DNA of 64,000 nucleotides from Cyanobium sp. (GCA_044371095.1 JBILUH010000002.1:18227-82226), one strand, 5' to 3'; shown: positions 19,899 through 30,404, numbered from the stretch's first letter. Numbers and translations are program-made. Notes: a model not told the origin generated them from the sequence alone.

Positions 19899-21977
19899 TT
19901 GAGCCTGCCGCGCCTCCACCCCCGCACGATCGAGGCCGTCAAGGAACGGGCCGACATCGTTGATGTGGTGGGCGAGCACGTGGTGCTCAAGAAGAAGGGG
20001 CGGGAATACGTCGGCATCTGTCCCTTCCACGACGACACCTCGCCGTCGATGACGGTGTCCCCGGCCAAGCAGTTCTACTACTGCTTCTCCTGCGGAGCCG
20101 GGGGCAATGCCATCAAGTTTCTGATGGAGCATCAGCGCCAGAGCTTCAGCGATGTGGTGCTGGAGCTGGCGCGCAAATACCAGCTGCCGATCGAAACCCT
20201 CGATGGCCCCCAGCAGGAGCGCCTGCGCAAGCAGCTCTCCCGCCGCGAGCAGCTGCACCGGGTGCTCACCCTGGCGGCGGGTTGGTTTCGCAGCCAGCTG
20301 CGCGCTCCCGAGGGAGCGGCGGCCCTGGCCTACCTGCGCGACAGCCGCGGCCTCAGCGAAGCCACCCTGGAGGCCTTTGAGCTCGGCTACGCCCCCGACC
20401 GCTGGGACGGCCTGCTCAGCCACCTGCAGCAGGTGGAGGGGCTGGGTCCGGAGCTGCTGGAGGCCGCCGGCCTGGTGGTGCCCCGCAAGGCGGGAGAGGG
20501 TTTTTACGACCGCTTCCGCCACCGGGTGATGGTGCCGATCAAGGACCGCCAGGGGCGGGTGATCGGCTTCGGTGGCAGGAGCCTCGACGGTGGCGAGCCG
20601 AAATATCTCAACTCCCCGGAGACGGAGGTGTTCGAGAAGGGCAAGCACCTGTTTGGCCTTGACAAGGCCAGCAATGCCATCCGCAAGGACGACCGGGCGG
20701 TGGTGGTGGAGGGCTATTTCGATGTGATCGCTCTGCATGCCGCCGGTATCACCAACGCCGTGGCGGCCCTCGGCACGGCCCTGAGCAGCCAGCAGATCAC
20801 CCAGCTGTGCCGCTGCTGCGAGAGCCGCCGGCTGATCCTCAATTTCGACAGCGACGGTGCTGGTGTGCGGGCCGCCCAGCGGGCCATCGGCGAGGTGGAG
20901 CAGCTGGCCCTGCAGGGCCAGCTGGAGCTGCGGGTGCTGCACCTGCCCGCCGGCAAGGATCCCGACGAATTCCTCAAGGGCCAGGGAGCTGGCGAGTACC
21001 GCTCCCTGCTGGATCAGGCCCCCCTCTGGCTCGACTGGCAGATCGAGCAGGTGCTGGAGGGGCGCGATCTGACCAAGGCTGATCAGTTTCAGCAGGCGGT
21101 GAGTGCCCTGGTGGCGCTGCTCGGCAAGCTGCCCCAGAGCGCCGTGCGCAGCCATTACCTGCAGCGGGTGGCCGAGCGGCTCAGCGGCGGTCAGGCGCGC
21201 CTGGCGATTCAGCTGGAAGACGACCTGCGCCAGCAGGTGAAGGGCCAGCGTTGGCATGGCCGCTCCCAGAAGTGGGAAGAGCCGGGCGAGGCCGGCCTGC
21301 GGGAGCGGGCCGAAGCCGAGCTGCTGCGGCTCTATCTGCACTGCCCCAGCCACCGCGCCGCCATCCGGGTGGAGCTGCGCCAGCGGGAGCTCGACGATTT
21401 CGCCCTGCAGCACCACCGCCTGCTGTGGGCCGCGATCAGCGCCCTTGAGGAAGACAACCTGGGGGTCGGCCGACTGGAGGCGATCAACCGCGGCAGCGAT
21501 CCCGGCCACGATCTCGGCGATCTCGATCTGCCCCGACTGCTGGGTGATCAGTTGGTGGTGGAGCAGAGCGCCCTGCTCAGCCGGTTGACGCCGCTGCTGG
21601 AGCCCAATGAGTTGCAGCGCATGGCCCTCAGCCAGCCGATGCTGCAGCTGCGGGGCGCTACGGCATCCCTGGAGCGCCAGAAGAGCGTCAAGCGCTGCCG
21701 GCACCTGCTCGATGCCTGGAGCAGCCAGCGCCTCGAAACCCTGGAGCGCTGCATCGCCCGGCTGCTGGACGAGGAACGCCAGGAGGCGCGGGCCACCGCT
21801 TCAGGCCTGGCACCGGTGAGCGATATGGAGGCGCGGATCGAAGCTCTGTTCACCGATCTCAATGGCGATGCCCTGCGCTTCCAGGAGCTCTATTACAACG
21901 AGCGCAAACACCTGGAGCACCTCGATTCCCAGCGCTGCGCCGGCTACGGGGAGGTGATGGCCCAACCTGCGGCCTGA
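19899..21977 (+). CDS. dnaG: DNA primase
   Basis: 692 aa with the zinc finger CPFHDDTSPSMTV...YCFSCGAGG and the TOPRIM motif VVVEGYFDVIAL. Confidence 0.93.
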   Translation: MSLPRLHPRTIEAVKERADIVDVVGEHVVLKKKGREYVGICPFHDDTSPSMTVSPAKQFYYCFSCGAGGNAIKFLMEHQRQSFSDVVLELARKYQLPIETLDGPQQERLRKQLSRREQLHRVLTLAAGWFRSQLRAPEGAAALAYLRDSRGLSEATLEAFELGYAPDRWDGLLSHLQQVEGLGPELLEAAGLVVPRKAGEGFYDRFRHRVMVPIKDRQGRVIGFGGRSLDGGEPKYLNSPETEVFEKGKHLFGLDKASNAIRKDDRAVVVEGYFDVIALHAAGITNAVAALGTALSSQQITQLCRCCESRRLILNFDSDGAGVRAAQRAIGEVEQLALQGQLELRVLHLPAGKDPDEFLKGQGAGEYRSLLDQAPLWLDWQIEQVLEGRDLTKADQFQQAVSALVALLGKLPQSAVRSHYLQRVAERLSGGQARLAIQLEDDLRQQVKGQRWHGRSQKWEEPGEAGLRERAEAELLRLYLHCPSHRAAIRVELRQRELDDFALQHHRLLWAAISALEEDNLGVGRLEAINRGSDPGHDLGDLDLPRLLGDQLVVEQSALLSRLTPLLEPNELQRMALSQPMLQLRGATASLERQKSVKRCRHLLDAWSSQRLETLERCIARLLDEERQEARATASGLAPVSDMEARIEALFTDLNGDALRFQELYYNERKHLEHLDSQRCAGYGEVMAQPAA

Positions 21978-22013
21978 TTGCCCGCCTGATCCTCCATCCG
22001 CAGCATTGTTCTG

Positions 22014-22367
22014 ATGTCCACTTTTCCATTGCCGTCCCGCGCCACCGTTGTCGGCGGGATCGGCCTGCTGGGCCTCGCCACCACCGCTCTCTCACTGTCA
22101 TCGTTCCAGCCTGTCCGGGCCCAGACCCAGATCCCGGCCCAGAGCCAGGCCTGCCCCTGCAGCTGTGATCAGCCCAGCGTGGGCCTGATCGGGTCGGATG
22201 GTCTGTGTCAGTGCCCCTGCGGGGTGGTGCCGATTCCCGGCATCAATGCCGAAACCCTGTCAGGGCCCCCCAAGCCGCCCAAGGCCGGTGGACCGGCACC
22301 CATTTGGACCGTCGAACCCGGCTTTGAGGATGGCTTCGGTGGACCGTTCTGGGATGACTGGTGGTGA
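22014..22367 (+). CDS. secreted Cys-rich small protein, unknown function
   Basis: 117 aa with a signal-like N-terminus (GGIGLLGLATTALSLSS...VRAQ), then CPCSC and CQCPC motifs, a Pro/Gly-rich stretch, and the C-terminus GGPFWDDWW. Confidence 0.5.
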   Translation: MSTFPLPSRATVVGGIGLLGLATTALSLSSFQPVRAQTQIPAQSQACPCSCDQPSVGLIGSDGLCQCPCGVVPIPGINAETLSGPPKPPKAGGPAPIWTVEPGFEDGFGGPFWDDWW

Positions 22368-22392
22368 GCTCCGCAGCTCCTCCCGGGGCCGC

Positions 22393-23025
22393 TCACCAGA
22401 GACGCAGCAGGTGTGGCAGCACGTCGACGTCGCGGAACCCCTCGATCAATTCGATGATCGCGGCAATCCACACAAACCAGATGTCGCTGAGAATGTGGCG
22501 CCGGAACAGGCGTGGGTTGCTGCTCCAGCTGGCTGGTTCGCTGTAGAGCTCCAGCCGTGGCCAGAAGCGCGGCACCCGCTGTCTGTACTGCCGGTAGGCC
22601 TCGCCGAACAGCTCCTCGAGGCGTCGCTCCTCGCGCGCCATGATGCCTGGGTAGTACAGCCCGAAGATCGCCAGAAACAGCACCGGGTAGGTGAGGGTTT
22701 CGGTGGTGAGTCCGACCCCCACCAGGCCGATGCAGCTGAACACGTACAGCGGATTGCGGCTGATCGAGTAGGGGCCTTCGGTCACCAGTTGGCCGTCCTT
22801 GCGGCCGGAGATGAAGAACGAGCACCAGATTCGTCCCACGGCTCCGATGGCGGCCAGGGCGAGGCCTGCGCTGTACAGAAAGGTGGCCACATCTCCATGG
22901 TGCAGCTCCCAGCGGCTCTGGGTGAGGGCCACCACCACAAAGGCCAGGCCAGCCACCAGCTTGGACAGGCCGGTGCGCTGCCGTTCCCACCAGGTCTTGC
23001 CCGCCGGCTTCGGATTGGTCGTCAT
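22393..23025 (-). CDS. isoprenylcysteine carboxyl methyltransferase (ICMT/PEMT)-family membrane methyltransferase
   Basis: 210 aa, multi-TM, with the motif TEGPYSISRNPLYVF. Confidence 0.8.
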   Translation of the reverse strand: MTTNPKPAGKTWWERQRTGLSKLVAGLAFVVVALTQSRWELHHGDVATFLYSAGLALAAIGAVGRIWCSFFISGRKDGQLVTEGPYSISRNPLYVFSCIGLVGVGLTTETLTYPVLFLAIFGLYYPGIMAREERRLEELFGEAYRQYRQRVPRFWPRLELYSEPASWSSNPRLFRRHILSDIWFVWIAAIIELIEGFRDVDVLPHLLRLW

Positions 23026-23112
23026 GGCTGGTTTCCAGTCCCCTTGGGTTTACTCCCCCACCCAGCGGGCCTCGATACGCTGGAGACCTGTGCATCGTCA
23101 GCACCTGGTGCT

Positions 23113-23364
23113 ATGGGGTTTTTCGAGGTGTTCTGGCAGGGCGAGGCCATCGGGGATGGTGGGGATCTTGAGGAAGCCCTCACCGCCTATCTCGCCGTGC
23201 AGCCCGAGGAGGGCAGCTGGACCGACACCTGCGCCGCAGCGGCGGTGCAACCCTGCATCCGGCGCTATGCCTCCTTCGAGGCCTATCTCGACAACGCCGA
23301 CGAACTCGAGACGATTCCGGTGACCGCCGCCATGATCGAGGCCGCGCTGTTGCCGCCTGCCTGA
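23113..23364 (+). CDS. small acidic hypothetical protein
   Basis: 83 codons from ATG 23113 (MGFFEVFWQGEAIGDGGDLEE...), taken as the terminal part of a long track ORF whose upstream part is antisense to the ICMT gene. Codons are GC3-rich. Confidence 0.35.
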   Translation: MGFFEVFWQGEAIGDGGDLEEALTAYLAVQPEEGSWTDTCAAAAVQPCIRRYASFEAYLDNADELETIPVTAAMIEAALLPPA

Positions 23365-23374
23365 GCCGGCCTGT

Positions 23375-24679
23375 TCAGGCGTGGACCACCGGGATGGCGG
23401 CCAGCCGGGTGGTGACCGCACCGGAGAGCCGCGAGCGCCGCATCTGCCAGGGCGTCTGCAGGCCGGCAGCGGCCCATTGCACGGTGCCGCTGCCGTAGTG
23501 GCGGTTGAGGCGATCGATGGTGGCCAGCAGGGTCGAGCGGCGGCGCTGCTGCTCCAGAGGGAGTGGCACCAGCAGGTGGTGCTGCAGGGTCTCCTCGCTC
23601 TGCAAGTCCTGCAGAAGGACGCCAGCCTTCTGCAGAGGTTTGTGGAGCTTGAACAGCCGCTCCACCAGCGGCAGAGCCGCCTGCAGCAGCACGGTCGTGT
23701 CGTTGCTGGCCAGCGGCAGGGTCACCGTGGCGCTGTTGCTGTAAAAGCTGGTGCCATTGAAGGGGCTGCTGCGCACAAACACCGTGATGGTCCCGGCCCG
23801 TTGCCGTTGGCGCCGCACTTTCTCCGCCGCCCGGCTCAGGTAGGTGGCGATCGCCTCCTTCAGCTGGGCCTGGGTGGTGATGGGTTGGCTGAAGCTGCGG
23901 CTGACGCAGGTTTCCCGCTTGGCGGCCGGCAGCGTCTCCAGCGGCAGACAGGCGTGGCCGCGCAGCTCCTGCTGCAGGCGCAGGCCCACCACACCGCAGC
24001 GGCGTCGCAGTTCGCCGCTGGGCATGTCGCGCAGGGCCCGGGCATGGGCGATGCCGCGCAGGCGGCACCAGCGGGAGAGCTGGCGGCCGATGCCCCACAC
24101 GTCTTCGATGGCGATTGCTTCGAGGTGGGGATCGGGATCACCGATGCTGCCGAAGTCCCAGACGCCGTCGCTCCCGGGTGTCGTCTTGGCGAGGCGGTTG
24201 GCGAGCTTGGCCAGCACCTTGCTGGGGGCGATGCCCACCGCCACCGGCAGGCCCAGCTGGCAGAGCACGTGGTGGCGCAGTCGCCGGCCCCAGTCGCGCA
24301 GATCGCCATGGCCGGCGGGCCGGTTCAGCTGGCCGAAGGCTTCATCGATCGAATAGATCTCCAGCTGCTCAACCCACGGCTCCACGGTGGCCATCAGCCG
24401 CTGGCTCATGTCGGCGTAGAGGGCGTAGTTGGAGCTGCGCACCACCACACCCTGGCGGTCCAGCTCGCGCCGCACCTGGAAGTAGGGCTGGCCCATGCGG
24501 ATCCCGAGGGCCCGCGCCTCGGCACTGCGCGCCACGATGCAGCCGTCGTTGTTGGACAGCACCACCAGCGGCCGGCCCAGCAACGCGGGATCCATCACCG
24601 CTTCGCAGGAGGCGTAGAAGTTGTTGCCGTCGATCAGCACGATCGCAGGCCGGCCGGTGGCCCGAGAGCGATAGGTCAT
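23375..24679 (-). CDS. umuC: Y-family translesion DNA polymerase, UmuC type
   Basis: 434 aa containing IVLIDGNNFYASCEAVMDPALLGRPLVVLSNNDGCIVARSAEARALGI. It lies 6 nt downstream of the UmuD-like gene. Confidence 0.9.
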   Translation of the reverse strand: MTYRSRATGRPAIVLIDGNNFYASCEAVMDPALLGRPLVVLSNNDGCIVARSAEARALGIRMGQPYFQVRRELDRQGVVVRSSNYALYADMSQRLMATVEPWVEQLEIYSIDEAFGQLNRPAGHGDLRDWGRRLRHHVLCQLGLPVAVGIAPSKVLAKLANRLAKTTPGSDGVWDFGSIGDPDPHLEAIAIEDVWGIGRQLSRWCRLRGIAHARALRDMPSGELRRRCGVVGLRLQQELRGHACLPLETLPAAKRETCVSRSFSQPITTQAQLKEAIATYLSRAAEKVRRQRQRAGTITVFVRSSPFNGTSFYSNSATVTLPLASNDTTVLLQAALPLVERLFKLHKPLQKAGVLLQDLQSEETLQHHLLVPLPLEQQRRRSTLLATIDRLNRHYGSGTVQWAAAGLQTPWQMRRSRLSGAVTTRLAAIPVVHA

Positions 24680-24685
24680 GGCGCT

Positions 24686-25036
24686 TCAGCGATCGCCCGG
24701 ACCGGGCTCCAGAGTGCGGATGACGTGCACGGCCACCCCCCAGAGGTGGGGCTCGGCACCAGGATCCAGCTCCAGGGGGGGATAGGCGGGATGGGCCGCC
24801 TCCAGCCGCAGCCGGCCCCGATGACAGACCAGCCGTTTGAGGGTGAAACCACCATCAAGCCAGGCCACCACGATCTGGCCTGGCCGGGGCTCCAGGCCCC
24901 GATCCACGATCAGCAGGTCGCCGTGGGCGATGCCGGCACCTCGCATCGACTCGCCACTCACCCGCAGCAACACCGTGCTGGCGCGACAGCGGATCAGCTG
25001 TTCCTCGAGGCTTGCGAGGGGAGCGGGGGGTGCCAA
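24686..25036 (-). CDS. umuD: UmuD-like S24 peptidase domain protein (N-terminally minimal)
   Basis: 116 aa with the Ser motif VSGESM and the Lys motif FTLKRL. The start is TTG, and an in-frame TAG at 25063-25061 forbids a longer N-terminus. Confidence 0.85.
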   Translation of the reverse strand: MAPPAPLASLEEQLIRCRASTVLLRVSGESMRGAGIAHGDLLIVDRGLEPRPGQIVVAWLDGGFTLKRLVCHRGRLRLEAAHPAYPPLELDPGAEPHLWGVAVHVIRTLEPGPGDR

Positions 25037-25062
25037 CGGCGCGCCGCAAACCCGATCACGCT

Positions 25063-25076
25063 AGTTCATGTGTACT
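25063..25076 (-). promoter_or_regulatory. candidate cyanobacterial-type LexA box upstream of umuD
   Basis: AGTTCATGTGTACT matches the published cyanobacterial consensus RGTACNNNDGTWCB with one mismatch on either strand. It sits about 26 nt upstream of the umuD start. Confidence 0.5.
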
Positions 25077-25115
25077 GGCGTGGAGGGGATTGGGCTTGGG
25101 TCTGGTGGTGCCGGC

Positions 25116-25346
25116 CTAGTCCTGCGGACCGGCATCCCCCGAGCCGGTGAAGCGCCGATAGAGCCAAAGGCCACCGCCGCCCCACAGCAGGGTCCACAGC
25201 ACAAAAGTGGTGAGGGTGCCGAGTTGGCCCGTCTCGAGGGAATAGACGCCGGCCTGAATCAGCCCGGCGTCGATCAGGGACCCACCGATGCCCCAGCCCA
25301 GCACCCAGCTGAGCAAAAAACCGATCGCCTGCAGATTGCCGGTCAT
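25116..25346 (-). CDS. small membrane protein, unknown function
   Basis: 76 aa with two Trp/Gly-rich hydrophobic helices. Its start overlaps the upstream ORF stop by 4 nt (ATGA). Confidence 0.5.
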   Translation of the reverse strand: MTGNLQAIGFLLSWVLGWGIGGSLIDAGLIQAGVYSLETGQLGTLTTFVLWTLLWGGGGLWLYRRFTGSGDAGPQD

Positions 25347-25720
25347 GCCGGCGAGGTTAGGCGTTGGCTGAAGCGGCGGACGAACTGCGCCAGGGGCATC
25401 GGCCCGCAGCGGCGCTGCCAGCCCAGTCCTTCCGGGTAGCGGCGCCAGCAGGACAGCCGGTTGCCGCGGCGGTCGAGACAGATCAGGTAGCGGTAGGTGG
25501 CAGCGGCGGTGGTTGACGGGGGCTCCGCGATGGGAAGCGGCCGCAGGGGCTCAAACACGGCAGCAAGCTCCCGCCAGTTGCGGGGCGGCAGCCCGCTGGC
25601 CCGCAGCGGCGCGCCGAGCAGGCTGGCGAGTTGCTGGGGAAAGCCGGCATCGGGAAGCCACCAGTGGCACTGACGGGACCGATGGGTATCAAGCAGGGAG
25701 ATCACGGCGCCGCAGGCCAT
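25343..25720 (-). CDS. hypothetical protein
   Basis: 125-aa ORF with GC3-rich codons, translationally coupled to the 76-aa ORF. I recognised no motif. Confidence 0.5.
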   Translation of the reverse strand: MACGAVISLLDTHRSRQCHWWLPDAGFPQQLASLLGAPLRASGLPPRNWRELAAVFEPLRPLPIAEPPSTTAAATYRYLICLDRRGNRLSCWRRYPEGLGWQRRCGPMPLAQFVRRFSQRLTSPA

Positions 25721-25774
25721 GGGCAGGGAAGGGAAGGTCCCTTCACCAGTGCCCGGCCTGTCCCACCCTCGCCT

Positions 25775-27020
<1,246 letters not shown>

Positions 27021-27049
27021 TTACGGGGCGCTGTTCAAGCTTCTTGCTG

Positions 27050-27709
27050 TCAGCCCAGGGCCTGCTGGAGCGCCGCCAGACCGAACACCAGGAAGAGGCC
27101 ACCACTGAGCCGATACAGGAGGCGCTCATTGACGCGCTGGCCGATCCACTTCCCAGCCCCCACCGCCAGCCAGGTGACCAGAGCGTGACCCAGCAGCGTG
27201 CCGGCCAGCAGGCCGGTGAAGCTGAACACCTGGGCCGGCGCCGTGGCCATGAAGATCGTGGTGAATTGGGTGCGGTCACCCAGCTCGGCGACAAACACCA
27301 GCGCGAAGGCCTCCCAGATCACCGCCCAGGCGGTGTTGAGAGTGCGGCTGGTTTCGGCGGCATTGATCGCCACCTCGGCCTCTTCCGCTTCCTCGGTGGC
27401 CGCATCCGCCGCCAAGCCCTGGGCATCGCTCAGCAGCTTGAGGCCGAAGCCGAGGAACAGGGCGGCGGCCAGCCAGGGCACCACCGTTGGCGGGAGCAGC
27501 TCCCGCAGGCCGTAGCCCAGGGCCAGGGAGATCAGGGTGACCGCCGTGAGGGCGGCAAAGGCCCCGAGAAACACCCAGCGGCCCCGGTGGCGCACAGCCA
27601 GGATCAGCGCCATGAAAAACGTTTTGTCGCCCAGCTCGGCCAGGGTGATGGCGGTGAGGCTGGAGCCGAAGGCCGCCAGGCTGGGGTCGCTCGAGAGAGG
27701 GATGCTCAT
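27050..27709 (-). CDS. UPF0016/GDT1 (TMEM165)-family cation (Mn/Ca) transporter
   Basis: 219 aa with two E-x-G-D-(K/R)-T motifs (ELGDKTFF and ELGDRTQF) and six TM helices. Confidence 0.85.
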   Translation of the reverse strand: MSIPLSSDPSLAAFGSSLTAITLAELGDKTFFMALILAVRHRGRWVFLGAFAALTAVTLISLALGYGLRELLPPTVVPWLAAALFLGFGLKLLSDAQGLAADAATEEAEEAEVAINAAETSRTLNTAWAVIWEAFALVFVAELGDRTQFTTIFMATAPAQVFSFTGLLAGTLLGHALVTWLAVGAGKWIGQRVNERLLYRLSGGLFLVFGLAALQQALG

Positions 27710-27735
27710 GCTCCATCCCTACCCCAGCGGTGCCC

Positions 27736-27760
27736 AAAAAGGCGTGAACGGGGCGACGCC
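27736..27760 (-). terminator. weak Rho-independent terminator candidate
   Basis: On the minus strand, GGCGT-10 nt-ACGCC is followed by TTTTT. It lies just downstream of the 27811-28215 gene. The stem is short. Confidence 0.35.
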
Positions 27761-27810
27761 AGAAGCAATCCATGGCCAACTCGCACCGGACCGGGTCCGC
27801 GTCGGCGAGC

Positions 27811-28215
27811 TCAGGGACCCTCATCGTCTTCCAGCAGCAATTGCTGAAAGGCGGTGTAAAGGTCGCCATGGTCAGCAGCCGTGCGGGGGTCGGCCCGACC
27901 CACGGTGTTGGCCCCAGTGGGCCTGCCGCGGCCGGGGGATTGGGTGGGGATGGTGCGCCCTTGTTGCGGGGTTGGGCCTTGCCGGCGGGCCTCCAACTCA
28001 CGCAACCGCTCCATCAGGTGGGGCGGCACCGTGCCATCCGGGCTGACCTGCATCAGTTCGCGAAACAGGGCCTCCGGGTTCTCCTCAACTTCGACGCGGT
28101 GGCGTTTGTCGGTGGCTTTGGGCGTGGCCTGCTGAGACGGCGGCGGTGGCAGTGGTTTGGGCAGGTTGCGGCCGAGGGCCTCGAGGCGTTCGCGGCTGCG
28201 GGCGTCGAAACTCAT
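27811..28215 (-). CDS. hypothetical protein (Pro/Arg-rich, acidic C-terminus)
   Basis: 134-aa ORF with GC3-rich codons and no motif I recognise. Confidence 0.5.
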   Translation of the reverse strand: MSFDARSRERLEALGRNLPKPLPPPPSQQATPKATDKRHRVEVEENPEALFRELMQVSPDGTVPPHLMERLRELEARRQGPTPQQGRTIPTQSPGRGRPTGANTVGRADPRTAADHGDLYTAFQQLLLEDDEGP

Positions 28216-28226
28216 GGATCGAGGGG

Positions 28227-28742
28227 TCAGCCGCAGCCGAGGGTGGAACGGGTGTCGCGGCCGGTGACAGGGTTGGTGCCGCTGGCCACGCCGCAGAGGG
28301 TCTTGAGGGCATCGCCCCGCAGGGGCACGTTGGTGAAGTCGGCCCCGTCAATCACCACGTTGGTGAATTTGGTGTTGAAGGCAAAGGCGTCTTCCAACAC
28401 CGCATTGGTGAGGTTGGTGCCATCGAAGATCGCCGAATCCAGGGTGGCCTCGCGCAGGTTGGTGTTGCTCAGATCAGCGTCCTGAAGCTTGGCGCCGAAC
28501 AGGCTGGCTCCCTGCAGATCGGAGCCGGCGAAGGTGGCGTCCCGCAGGTTGGTGAGGTTGAAGGTGGCGCCCCGCAGATCCTGGTTGTGGAAATCGGCAC
28601 CGATCAGCACCTGCTTGGCCACATCCATCGCGGCCTGGGCGGGGGCGGGGGCCAGCCACGCGGCGCCAAGGGACAGCAGCAGAGCCAGCAGCCAGCTGGC
28701 GAGGCGGCGGGGGCCGCGTCTGGGCGAAATCGGTGGAAGCAT
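28227..28742 (-). CDS. pentapeptide-repeat protein with signal peptide (lumenal/periplasmic type)
   Basis: N-terminal signal LLALLLSLGAAWLAPAPAQA, followed by A(D/N)LxX repeats (ADLSNTNLREATLDSAIFDGTNLTNAVLEDA...). Confidence 0.85.
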   Translation of the reverse strand: MLPPISPRRGPRRLASWLLALLLSLGAAWLAPAPAQAAMDVAKQVLIGADFHNQDLRGATFNLTNLRDATFAGSDLQGASLFGAKLQDADLSNTNLREATLDSAIFDGTNLTNAVLEDAFAFNTKFTNVVIDGADFTNVPLRGDALKTLCGVASGTNPVTGRDTRSTLGCG

Positions 28743-28829
28743 GGCAACCCGGCAGCTCAGTCCAGCCTAAGGAGGACCATTCCGCCGGGACAGCTCGCCC
28801 GCGGTGGGAACCCTGAGGCCACGCCGGAG

Positions 28830-29201
28830 ATGGCCATGCCACGCACCGCCGCACGCCGCCAGGGCGACTGGGCTGAGCAGCGCGCCTTGCGCCTGTTGCA
28901 GCAGCGGGGCTGGCGGCTGCTGGCCCGGCAGTGGGTCTGCCGCTGGGGCGAGCTGGACCTGGTGCTGGAAAAGCAGGGGCGTCTGCTGCTGGTGGAGGTG
29001 AAGGGCAGGCGCCGGCGTGGCCCGGATGGCTGGGGAGTCGGGTCCCTGCGGCGCGGCAAGCGCATGCGGCTGGAGCGGGCCTGGCATTGCTGGCTGGAGA
29101 GCCATCCAACCTGGGCCGAGCGCCCCGTGGAGTTGGTCTACGCCCTGGTGCCCCTGGCCCCGGCGGCCGGCCCGGTGCGCTGGATACGCCAAGACCGCTG
29201 A
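28830..29201 (+). CDS. yraN: YraN-family (UPF0102) endonuclease-like protein
   Basis: From ATG 28830 the ORF reads GDWAEQRALRLLQQRGWRLLARQWVCRWGELDLVLEKQGRLLLVEVKGRR. This is the typical YraN pattern. Confidence 0.8.
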   Translation: MAMPRTAARRQGDWAEQRALRLLQQRGWRLLARQWVCRWGELDLVLEKQGRLLLVEVKGRRRRGPDGWGVGSLRRGKRMRLERAWHCWLESHPTWAERPVELVYALVPLAPAAGPVRWIRQDR

Positions 29202-29219
29202 TGTCAGGAGGGCCTGCCG

Positions 29220-29540
29220 TCAGGGGGATGGCGTCGGTGTGGTGGCAGGCGTGGGGACGGCTGGGGCGGGGCTGAACTCCACCGTGCAGAGATAGCGGAT
29301 GTTGCCGATCCCCACCTCCACCTCCTGGCAGTGTTCGCCGGTGATGACGGCACCTGGGGGGAGCTGCTGCCGCGCCCGGGCGAGGGCGTTGGTTTTGTTC
29401 CAGATCGAGGAGGCGGTGGCGCTGCCGGCACGGGCGGCGGGGATCAGCACCGCTACGCCGGCCACGAGCGACCCAGCCAGGATCAGACGGGCCAGCGCGG
29501 GGACGGGCCGCTGGGTGAGGCGGTGAGGGGGGACAGGCAA
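29220..29540 (-). CDS. small secreted/membrane-anchored hypothetical protein
   Basis: 106 aa with an N-terminal hydrophobic segment (ALARLILAGSLVAGVAVLIPAARA) and a Pro/Thr-rich C-terminus. Confidence 0.45.
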   Translation of the reverse strand: MPVPPHRLTQRPVPALARLILAGSLVAGVAVLIPAARAGSATASSIWNKTNALARARQQLPPGAVITGEHCQEVEVGIGNIRYLCTVEFSPAPAVPTPATTPTPSP

Positions 29541-29564
29541 TGTGGAGCGACTGCAGCGTCATCC

Positions 29565-30404
29565 ATGAGTTTTGCTGCCCACCGCGCCCGCAAGCGTTTC
29601 GGCCAGCACTGGTTGGTGGATCAGGGGGTGCTCGACCGCATCGTGGCGGCCGCAGAGCTCGAGGCCAGCGATCAAGTGCTGGAGGTGGGGCCGGGTCGGG
29701 GGGCACTCACCGAGCGCCTGTTGGCTTCGCCGGCGGCGGCGGTGGCGGCGGTGGAGCTCGATCGCGATCTGGTGCAGGGCCTGCAGGAGCGCTTTGGCGA
29801 CGAGACGCGGTTCAGCCTCACCCCAGGCGATGTGCTGGCGGTCGAGCTGCCGGCGGCCAACAAGGTGGTGGCCAACATTCCCTACAACATCACCGGGCCG
29901 CTGCTCGAGCGCCTGGTGGGCCGCCTCGACCGCCCCGTTGCCAGGCCCTTCCAACGCCTGGTGCTGCTAGTGCAGCGGGAGGTGGGGGAGCGCATCCGCT
30001 GCCAGCCGGGGTCCAGCGCCTACTCGGCGTTGAGTGTGCGGATGCAGCTGATGGCCCACTGCAGCAGCGTCTGCGTCGTGCCCCCGCGCTGTTTTCAGCC
30101 GCCGCCGCGGGTGCACTCCGAGGTGATTCTGCTGGAGCCGCTGCCTGCTGAGCAGCAGCTGGAGCCCCGGCTGGCCCGCACCGTGGAGATGCTGCTGAAG
30201 CGCTGCTTTGCCGCCCGGCGCAAGATGCTGCGCAACACCCTGGCCGGCCTGCTGCCTGAAGTCCAACTGGCTGCGCTGATGGCAGCGGCGGGCATGGGTC
30301 TGCAGCAACGGCCCCAGGAGATCGCCCCGTCGGCCTGGGTGGCGTTGGCGGGCGGCTTGAATCAGGCCATCACCGCCACCGAGCCCCCTCTCACCCATGG
30401 CTGA
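29565..30404 (+). CDS. rsmA: 16S rRNA (adenine1518/1519-N6)-dimethyltransferase
   Basis: From ATG 29565 the ORF reads [19 protein letters not shown], and it contains [12 protein letters not shown] and [11 protein letters not shown]. Confidence 0.9.
   Translation: MSFAAHRARKRFGQHWLVDQGVLDRIVAAAELEASDQVLEVGPGRGALTERLLASPAAAVAAVELDRDLVQGLQERFGDETRFSLTPGDVLAVELPAANKVVANIPYNITGPLLERLVGRLDRPVARPFQRLVLLVQREVGERIRCQPGSSAYSALSVRMQLMAHCSSVCVVPPRCFQPPPRVHSEVILLEPLPAEQQLEPRLARTVEMLLKRCFAARRKMLRNTLAGLLPEVQLAALMAAAGMGLQQRPQEIAPSAWVALAGGLNQAITATEPPLTHG

Noticed and set aside
19863-21704. 613-aa minus-strand ORF
   Set aside because: It is antisense to dnaG, which has the zinc finger and TOPRIM motifs. It has no motifs of its own and shadow-ORF composition.
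21972-21990. GCCTGAT duplicated 12 nt after the dnaG stop
   Set aside because: It is only a 7-mer, and the spacing is in frame. That is too short to distinguish from chance, unlike the 14-bp and 26-bp arrays.
23381-25150. 589-aa plus-strand ORF
   Set aside because: It is antisense to umuC and umuD, both of which have strong family motifs.
27710-27810. Possible Mn-sensing (yybP-ykoY-type) riboswitch upstream of the GDT1-family transporter
   Set aside because: I could not find the conserved four-way junction sequences. The spacer is better explained by a weak terminator for the upstream gene.
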